A DNA stretch of 44,361 bases from an uncultured Clostridiaceae bacterium (lineage in GTDB: Bacteria; Bacillota; Clostridia; Lutisporales; Lutisporaceae), in the NCBI GenBank assembly GCA_964568265.1, contig CAZMPR010000001.1, positions 19,338-63,698 on the forward strand, written 5' to 3'. The translations under genes were made by a program, and so were the position numbers. The notes beneath the pieces were generated by a model that saw nothing but the letters and a program-made list of their open reading frames with translations, was not told the origin of the DNA and ran no database searches. This document shows positions 38,791 to 44,361 of the stretch, piece by piece (the first letter of the stretch is position 1; every line of letters begins with the position of its first letter).

Positions 38791-38896
38791 ACATCGTGCC
38801 GGTCCTGCCCCGACTGGTCATTTTTGCCCTATAGATAATGACCTAACTATAAGGCAAGATCTAGCATGTCATATTGCCACGCTGACGATGTTTAGC
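38786..38896 (+). other. nested inverted-repeat element (possible structured RNA) overlapping the stop of the 994-aa gene
   Basis: The outer 12-bp perfect inverted repeat is GCTAAACATCGT (38786-38797) / ACGATGTTTAGC (38885-38896). Inner stems are GGTCATT (38816-38822)/AATGACC (38837-38843) and GGCAA (38853-38857)/TTGCC (38874-38878). There is a locally GC-rich core, GTGCCGGTCCTGCCCCGACTGG. Confidence 0.25.
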
Positions 38897-39164
38897 CTTA
38901 GATAATTATATTCCAAATGGATGCCCTATATACATAAATGATTGTTGTATGTGGATTAAGGAAATATGATTGTACAGGATAGCGGCAAAAATGCTCTTTC
39001 TTGCTTGATGTTTTGTAGATTTCTAGTTGCATAATTGTGTAATAGAAAATTTTTGATAACAACTTAGATGGGTGCCCTTTTGCAATTGACATGTTTAAGT
39101 AAGGAAAGTGTAACTCTAAGGACATAAAAAGAGATACGATGGAACAACATATTAAGTTTTACAG

Positions 39165-39194
39165 TTACACATAAGTATGCATTATATGTATAAT
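39165..39194 (+). promoter_or_regulatory. candidate promoter for the cyclase-like gene array
   Basis: TTACAC (39165-39170), an 18-nt spacer, then a perfect TATAAT (39189-39194), about 70 nt upstream of ATG 39263. Confidence 0.35.
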
Positions 39195-39262
39195 GCCCAT
39201 ATATATACTACAGCATAGCATATCAGATAAATTTACCTATAAGGTTGTAGGGAGGGAATGCA

Positions 39263-40108
39263 ATGGGGAATAAACTTTATTTAAATATGAAAGAAGATCA
39301 AGTTGTATTATTTGCCGATATTCTTGGCTTTAGTGATGCTATAAAAAAATTTGAGTATGTAACAATGTGTGATAAAGGCGGTATAATTGTAAATTTCCCA
39401 AGAGTTTACCAAACATATGTAGAAAAATATTCCGTTGAGAAACAAAAAGATTTAGGGATTAAGTTGCTTTGGGTTTCTGATTCAGTTATCGTTTCGGCAC
39501 CTTTAAAGAATGTGGATTCAATCTTTGCTGCATTAAATGACTTTACAAATAATATGTATAGTTCTAATTTAGCTTTACGAGGAGCGATAGCAGTAGGAAA
39601 GCTATACCACGAGAATAATGTATGGGGGCCTGCACTAGTAGATGCTGTAAGAGACGAGAAGGATAAAGCTAATTATCCGCGAATTATAATAAAGAAAGAA
39701 CACTTTGATAAATTAAATGTAAATTCTAAATACAAAAAATATATCGTTGAATCTGATGTTGAAGGATATTATCAATATGAATTTTTTGATCAATATATAG
39801 GTGATATTGTATGCAAAAAGGCAAATACAATTGCAAAGCTATCTGTGTATATCAAATTCATTAGGAGCCAATATACTGAAAATGATTGTCCATCTGTAAA
39901 AAAAAGATATAAGTGGCTTGCCCAAAAATTACTGGATACGGTTAATAAACATAGCTCTTATATAGATGAGTATGTGCTTAAAAATAAAGAATTTATTACA
40001 TTAAGCGGTGAAATTGAACGCTTGACAAGTCATATTCCGTTAAAATTATCTCTCGAAGAAATAGTTCATAATGGGGAGGATTTTTTAAATAATAAAACTA
40101 TTTTATAA
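39263..40108 (+). CDS. class III nucleotidyl cyclase-like domain protein (Pycsar PycC-like fold) with ~120-aa C-terminal extension
   Basis: 281 aa. VVLFADILGFS (D19) and LLWVSDSVIV (D73) sit where cyclase-homology domains place the two metal-binding Asp. LRGAIAVGKLYHENNVWGPALVDAVRDEK mirrors the lRiGihtG...vwG..Vn.AaR.E segment. GGGAGGG ribosome-binding site upstream. Confidence 0.5.
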   Translation: MGNKLYLNMKEDQVVLFADILGFSDAIKKFEYVTMCDKGGIIVNFPRVYQTYVEKYSVEKQKDLGIKLLWVSDSVIVSAPLKNVDSIFAALNDFTNNMYSSNLALRGAIAVGKLYHENNVWGPALVDAVRDEKDKANYPRIIIKKEHFDKLNVNSKYKKYIVESDVEGYYQYEFFDQYIGDIVCKKANTIAKLSVYIKFIRSQYTENDCPSVKKRYKWLAQKLLDTVNKHSSYIDEYVLKNKEFITLSGEIERLTSHIPLKLSLEEIVHNGEDFLNNKTIL

Positions 40109-40152
40109 TTGGCAACAAAGGAGCTAAAATTCGTTAGAGGGGTGAGTTAATA

Positions 40153-40863
40153 TTGCTTAATTCTATTTTTGCTTTAGCTAGAACAGCGGTAGGATTTGTT
40201 TTGGGGTGGTGCAAAGAGATTATTCATAATAGACTTAAGGTATATCTATGTTTAAAAGATAGCAATTCGCTATGTTATATAGAAGAAAAGTGCAATGATA
40301 ATGGCAATATTTCTGAAAAGCGCGCCTCTATTTTTGTGGCTAATAAGATTTCGCTTACAATAAATACTTGATATTCTTAATTTTTGTAAAGTAGGGACAG
40401 GTATTACAGACATATCAATACTGATACTGATATCAACAGGTAATGATCAGTTGTATTTTAGACCAATGGTTTACTACGGTATATATCATATGTTATTAAA
40501 CAAAAACAAATTAGCGATTATTCTATACTTTTTAGCTTTCTTGAAAAAGAGGCAGCGGATTTTTATGGAAAGGAAAAGGATACAGTCTTCTATGAGGAAG
40601 CTCCTAAACAGTTAGAATCAATTATAGAAAAAGCCATTTTCTTTGAGCGGCATATTTTTAACGGATATTTTGAAGTGACTGATGGTCGGTATGAATTTGC
40701 TAAATCATGTGTTTATGAAGAAGATCAGGAAAACGATGTAACATTGGGGAAGAAGAGACGATTTGAATTCCGATCTAATATGATTAGCAAAGCTTGTGGC
40801 AATATAGATAAAGCCATGATTAAACTGCAAAAAAAGGTTGCAAAAGAACCATACTTTGGGTAA
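40153..40863 (+). pseudogene. decayed gene downstream of the cyclase-like gene (readable as one ~235-aa protein only with two frameshifts)
   Basis: Frame 1 ORF 40153-40371 has an N-terminal hydrophobic segment (SIFALARTAVGFVLGW). Frame 2 is open 40364-40612 (ILDILNFCKVGTGITDISILILISTGNDQLYFRP...). Frame 1 reopens 40459-40863 (...FLEKEAADFYGKEKDTVFYEE...). The overlaps allow joins near 40365-40371 and at the A-run TTGAAAAAGAGG. Confidence 0.4.
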
Positions 40864-40905
40864 CGGCAAGCTACAAAGCAAAGAACTAATTGGCGGTGAT
40901 GAGTA

Positions 40906-42225
40906 TTGAATTTTGATAAAAATGGTTTTATATTATCACATGATCAATTAATGAGAAATCAGGCTGTTGATATAAACAGGAATGATATTGAATCCCTGAT
41001 CACAAACTTTGTTAGTGAAGAAGAGCGATGGAGTCAGGCCGTAAGAGATGAAGTTAAATATAGAGATAAAAATCCAGGCTACGGTAGAGATTATATTATT
41101 GATGAGTTTAGGATAAAGAACACTGCTGGGACAGTGGTAACAATGCCCTATGGTGATATGATTACTTTTAATAGTAGCAGGCATTTCTTTAGGGGTGAGA
41201 ACCGTATTTACCCAAGCTCAATACCATCGTTGAATAGAAAGCTATTGTTCATGTCGAGTGAAGAGTATAAAGAGCTATATAGAGCTGTATCCAACTTGCG
41301 CATGTATCAGTTCTTTAAATTGATTTGGAATATACACATAGTCCCATACTGGGAAGCAAAATTATGTGATGTTAACTATAAGGCCTTGGCGCAGCATTAT
41401 GGGTTTGAAACATGCTTACTTGATTTAACTAATGATTTTAAAACTGCTTTGTTTTTTGCTACTTGCTACTATGATAATGTAGAGAACAAGTTTTTCCCAT
41501 TGACGAAAAAAATGATTGATGAGTCAGATGAAACAAGATATGGAATGCTATTTCATAGCCCAAATTGGTGTTTTGATTGGTTTAATACTGGCGGATTTAT
41601 GAATTGGGCTTCATCGCATAAAATGGAGGAATTAGGGGAGCCGTGCACAATTGATAGCGGAAAACTTGATGGCTGTGCTTTACAGATTGGGTATCAACCT
41701 TTAATGCGGTGTCATTCGCAAGGTGCGTATGTGTTTCCAATGAGGGATAATGCTCAGCTTCAGATGAATAACAAATTTGAAAAATGGCGTTTTGAGCAGA
41801 GCGAAGAACTTTCAAATTATGTTTACGAGATGATGGATTGCGGAAGAATGGTTTATCCTGAAGAAGGTATAACTTCCATTTTTGATATTTTGGGTAAGAT
41901 TCAGAAATCACATATATTTTCTGAGGATGATATTCTGTTTGTTTATGAAAATGAGAATATAGACAAGGCTTTGTTCCCGACATTGAATAAGTTTAGAAAG
42001 GCTTTAGAATTATTAGAAATACCGGTTGAAGGCGTTAAAAGGAAAATTGAATTAGTAAAAGAAGATGTCACATACCTTACGGATATGGCTAGATTGGAAC
42101 CTATTAATGTGATATATAACAATATTAATATTGGGGCTCAAATAGGAGGTATGATTCACCAAAAGGGTCCACAGAAACGTTGGCGAGAAGAGCGCTGTAA
42201 ACAAATATATGGAAAATTAATATAG
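40906..42225 (+). CDS. FRG-domain protein
   Basis: 439 aa. HFFRGENRIYPSSIPSLNRK and LAQHYGFETCLLDLTNDFKTALFFA match the FRG-domain signature (FRG...PS..R; AQHyG.pT.LLD.T....ALfFA). The TTG start at 40906 is tentative. Confidence 0.7.
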   Translation: MNFDKNGFILSHDQLMRNQAVDINRNDIESLITNFVSEEERWSQAVRDEVKYRDKNPGYGRDYIIDEFRIKNTAGTVVTMPYGDMITFNSSRHFFRGENRIYPSSIPSLNRKLLFMSSEEYKELYRAVSNLRMYQFFKLIWNIHIVPYWEAKLCDVNYKALAQHYGFETCLLDLTNDFKTALFFATCYYDNVENKFFPLTKKMIDESDETRYGMLFHSPNWCFDWFNTGGFMNWASSHKMEELGEPCTIDSGKLDGCALQIGYQPLMRCHSQGAYVFPMRDNAQLQMNNKFEKWRFEQSEELSNYVYEMMDCGRMVYPEEGITSIFDILGKIQKSHIFSEDDILFVYENENIDKALFPTLNKFRKALELLEIPVEGVKRKIELVKEDVTYLTDMARLEPINVIYNNINIGAQIGGMIHQKGPQKRWREERCKQIYGKLI

Positions 42226-42276
42226 AAGTTGACAGAGCAATTTGAGTTGTAAGTAGAGGGGAGGTACATCCACCAG

Positions 42277-42903
42277 ATGAACAAATTAATCTTTACCGGA
42301 AAAACCACATCAATCCAACCACGAATAAGGCTAGCTCGTTCATTTGATGAAGCCTCTTATACATATTTAGGCTATGCCATTAAAATAGCTGGAATCATTG
42401 ATAACTAACAAACCATATTCTCTATTGGCTTCGGCAAAGCAGCCCAAGCAAAGCATCAATTTAAAGTTAATGACATTATCTCCGGTGCATGTTTCCCTAT
42501 ATCGGATTCGGCCATGGAGCCGGTAGATTATTGTAAAGTATCGAAGTTAGCTAAGGCATCAGAAGGGGAGCAAGGTAGCACATCAGCTCCCTGGGAATTG
42601 GTGCCGCCGGAGTTGGAAGTTTACCAGGAAAGGGGACATCGGAGACTGGCAGCCAGGACATATGAAGTTAAATGCAGCAGCTGCATATGGGGGTCTAGGA
42701 TGCCGGTAGAAATAATAGTTGAAAACTGGAATCCGAGAGGCCGGAGGAAGTACCGGTTTGAGACATTTTGTTATGGACCTTTTAGTGGCAAATTGTATAA
42801 GGCCTAGCCTAATCGGGAAGTTGAAGGTAAGAACGGGATGGTTTATGTGGAGGGAGATTGGGTTGATGAAGAGGCTACCGGGCATAGAGAGATGGATGAG
42901 TAG
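42277..42903 (+). pseudogene. small CxxC-containing conserved hypothetical gene with two in-frame stops (TAA 42406-42408, TAG 42805-42807)
   Basis: ATG 42277 follows GAGGGGAGG. A single frame reads MNKLIFTGKTTSIQPRIRLARSFDEASYTYLGYAIKIAGIIDN*QTIFSIGFGKAAQAKHQFKVNDIISG...KCSSCIWGSRMPVEIIVENWNPRGRRKYRFETFCYGPFSGKLYKA*PNREVEGKNGMVYVEGDWVDEEATGHREMDE, ending at TAG 42901-42903. The track lists only the 42514-42807 piece. GC content is markedly higher than in the surroundings. Confidence 0.5.
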
Positions 42904-42925
42904 GCGTAGATATGGGGGTGGAGAC

Positions 42926-44140
42926 ATGGCTTCAATTGGAATGATTAATATCGGGGGAAGAGATGATTTAACCCAAACCATCGAATTCCATAGTGCAGTT
43001 GTTTTCTTACTAGATTCATTGAGTAAGATTAATAAAATATTCTATTTTCAAGATAATGAATGGGAATTAGAGGTCAAGTCAGGAAATCATTCAATCGTTG
43101 CACGTAGTCATTTAAAGTTATCTGTAGATGTGTTGCTGTCTAAGGGTTTCGAATTATGTCAACAGGCATTGGATATTCTTTCAGTTGAAAGAAAAGGAAA
43201 TATGCAAATAAAGAAACCAGGTGAAGAACACATCGTTTTATTTATGGACCATGATAAGGTTATATTGAGGGAGAGCTCATTTAATGATTTATTCATGGGG
43301 GTAGAAGCTTCTATTACTAAAGTAGACAGGGATGGGAATATTATTCTGGATCCACCATCCCCGGAAATCAATTGGATACCGGCATTTCGTTTTTATCGTT
43401 TTTCACAGGCAAGTAATGATTTATTTGAGGCTTACCGCAATTTATATCTTGGTTTAGAAGCTATTCTTAATCAGATTTGCCCTAAAGGAAAAAGGGAACG
43501 AGAAAGGCAATGGCTTGAACGAGCACTAAATTTAATATCTGATAAAATCAGGCTACCCGAAATTATGAAAGATACCTCAGATCCGGTGGAAAGTTTTATT
43601 ACAAACCAATATGTGAATGTTAGATGCAAGCTGTTTCATGCTAAAGGAAACAAAGCAATAATACCACACCAGGATCTTAACCCGGTTTTAATATCAAAAG
43701 CATATGCTAAATTGATAGCGATTTGGCGTGAAATAGCTACTGTATATTACAGCATACCCGGAGGCGGCGGAGCAATTACGAATATCGGGTTTAAATCCAT
43801 GATGGATGCAGCATTTAAAAATGAATTTTCCTTTATAGCAACCAATGATAAAACCCCACCCAAAGATGAAGACGAAGGAATTAACCATGGGATGACCGAC
43901 ATCTATTCATATGATATTCAAGAATATGACAGCAACTCAATAGCTGGACAAGCATTATTAAAAGGGTACATGGAAAAAGCCAATATTACAAAAGTTAAGG
44001 TTGTTTATAAGACGGGAATAAAAGTAGGGGATATCTTATACTTAATTCACCTCATTCCAGATGGGCTTAATCTAACTGGGATAGATAGGTTTGAAAGTTA
44101 TCAGACAGTAAGGCTAGTTAATAAAAGTCTAGGAAGATGA
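42926..44140 (+). CDS. hypothetical 404-aa protein with an Rx4H (HEPN-like) motif
   Basis: ATG 42926 follows GGGGGTGGAG. The upstream part of the 42719 track ORF overlaps the preceding gene in another frame. RCKLFH (R233-H238, nt 43622-43639) sits in a predicted helical segment after FEAYRNLYLGLEAIL. I recognise no other motif. Confidence 0.6.
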   Translation: MASIGMINIGGRDDLTQTIEFHSAVVFLLDSLSKINKIFYFQDNEWELEVKSGNHSIVARSHLKLSVDVLLSKGFELCQQALDILSVERKGNMQIKKPGEEHIVLFMDHDKVILRESSFNDLFMGVEASITKVDRDGNIILDPPSPEINWIPAFRFYRFSQASNDLFEAYRNLYLGLEAILNQICPKGKRERERQWLERALNLISDKIRLPEIMKDTSDPVESFITNQYVNVRCKLFHAKGNKAIIPHQDLNPVLISKAYAKLIAIWREIATVYYSIPGGGGAITNIGFKSMMDAAFKNEFSFIATNDKTPPKDEDEGINHGMTDIYSYDIQEYDSNSIAGQALLKGYMEKANITKVKVVYKTGIKVGDILYLIHLIPDGLNLTGIDRFESYQTVRLVNKSLGR

Positions 44141-44240
44141 TTTTTTAACCTATTAGGCGAATAAAGTAATAATTTATTAAAAGATTCTGCAAATTATTAC
44201 CTATATATGATATGCTATTAAAAACCCGAGTTTGACAGTT

Positions 44241-44293
44241 GAAAAAATAAAAGAGCCGATAAATGTTGGAATAGCAAGGTTTATCGTCTCTTT
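44241..44293 (-). terminator. rho-independent terminator-like hairpin, best read on the minus strand (possibly bidirectional)
   Basis: The stem AAAGAGCCGATAAA (44250-44263) / TTTATCGTCTCTTT (44280-44293) pairs at 13 of 14 positions with a 16-nt loop. On the minus strand it is followed by TATTTTTTC (complement of 44241-44249). This implies a convergent gene beyond the window end. Confidence 0.45.
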
Positions 44294-44361
44294 GTTGTAA
44301 TTTAAGAATGTTGTGTGGAAATAACCATTAAAAACTTTTTCTGCATTTTTTATTGAGTTCC

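Noticed and set aside
38786-38896. Inverted-repeat element as a retron msr/msd, a tRNA fragment or a self-cleaving ribozyme
   Set aside because: The window has no reverse transcriptase gene. I could find no T-loop or acceptor-like sequence and no hammerhead core (CUGACGA is present but there is no matching GAAA/stem arrangement).
38669-39125. Track ORFs 38669-38905 (+) and 38898-39125 (-) in the gap after the 994-aa gene
   Set aside because: The first is an alternate frame running out of the 994-aa gene through the GC-rich element. The second has no ribosome-binding site and an implausible composition. Neither shows a recognisable motif.
32997-42807. In-frame TAG/TAA codons as evidence of stop-codon reassignment or programmed read-through
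   Set aside because: TAA, TAG and TGA each terminate well-conserved genes in this window at the expected protein ends (for example KAS III with TAA, the ACP at 504-506 and the dehydrogenase with TAG, fabD with TGA).
42583-42981. 132-aa minus-strand ORF and the 42719-42925 N-terminal extension of the last gene
   Set aside because: Both are long only because the patch is GC-rich (few stop codons). They overlap the better-supported CxxC reading frame, and ATG 42926 has a strong ribosome-binding site.
44166-44361. A 53-codon minus-strand frame open from the window edge to TAG (complement of 44201-44203), followed by a 10-bp AT-rich hairpin (44166-44175/44191-44200)
   Set aside because: This remains unresolved. 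The frame runs through the better terminator hairpin at 44250-44293, and another minus frame ends ...GTQ* at 44350-44352, which fits that terminator. There is too little sequence to call a CDS.
1-44361. Searched by eye for CRISPR arrays, tRNA/rRNA genes, transposases, integrases and long terminal inverted repeats
   Set aside because: I found no regularly spaced direct repeats, no tRNA-like T-loop/acceptor sequence, and no DDE, tyrosine-recombinase or serine-recombinase-like ORF. The only large repeat is the fabD-dehydrogenase duplication.

Overview
Low-GC (about 30% by eye) Firmicutes/Clostridia-style chromosomal segment. Every convincing gene is on the + strand, with strong GGAGG-type ribosome-binding sites and frequent ATGA start/stop overlaps. 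(1) 1-26.9 kb is a cell-surface glycan locus. It holds two non-collinear ACP-dependent acyl-building cassettes (KAS III, FabD, AMP-ligase, two SDRs and two carrier proteins each, with one Sfp-type PPTase). Each cassette is flanked by an LpxD-like N-acyltransferase and a UDP-sugar 6-dehydrogenase. After them come a 2-epimerase, a Gfo/Idh/MocA oxidoreductase, a GT4 glycosyltransferase, a secreted protein, an AsnB-like amidotransferase, a Wzy-type polymerase and a MurJ/MOP flippase. The fabD-dehydrogenase pair is duplicated at a 9020-bp offset with a mosaic identity pattern, and an orphan ABC/AAA_21-type ATPase sits in the middle of the locus. (2) galU lies at 28.0-29.0 kb. (3) 29.2-44.1 kb is an accessory, defence-island-like region. 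It carries a SIR2-STAND NTPase (Avs5-like), a DUF2188 protein, a dGTPase and a 994-aa metallophosphoesterase/P-loop/helical fusion. These are followed by a tightly spaced five-gene array: class III cyclase-like protein, decayed partner, FRG-domain protein, decayed small CxxC protein, and a 404-aa protein with an Rx4H motif. At least five accessory genes carry frameshifts or in-frame stops. I found no rRNA, tRNA, CRISPR array, transposase or integrase. All family names come from motif-level reading of the supplied translations, not from database searches.
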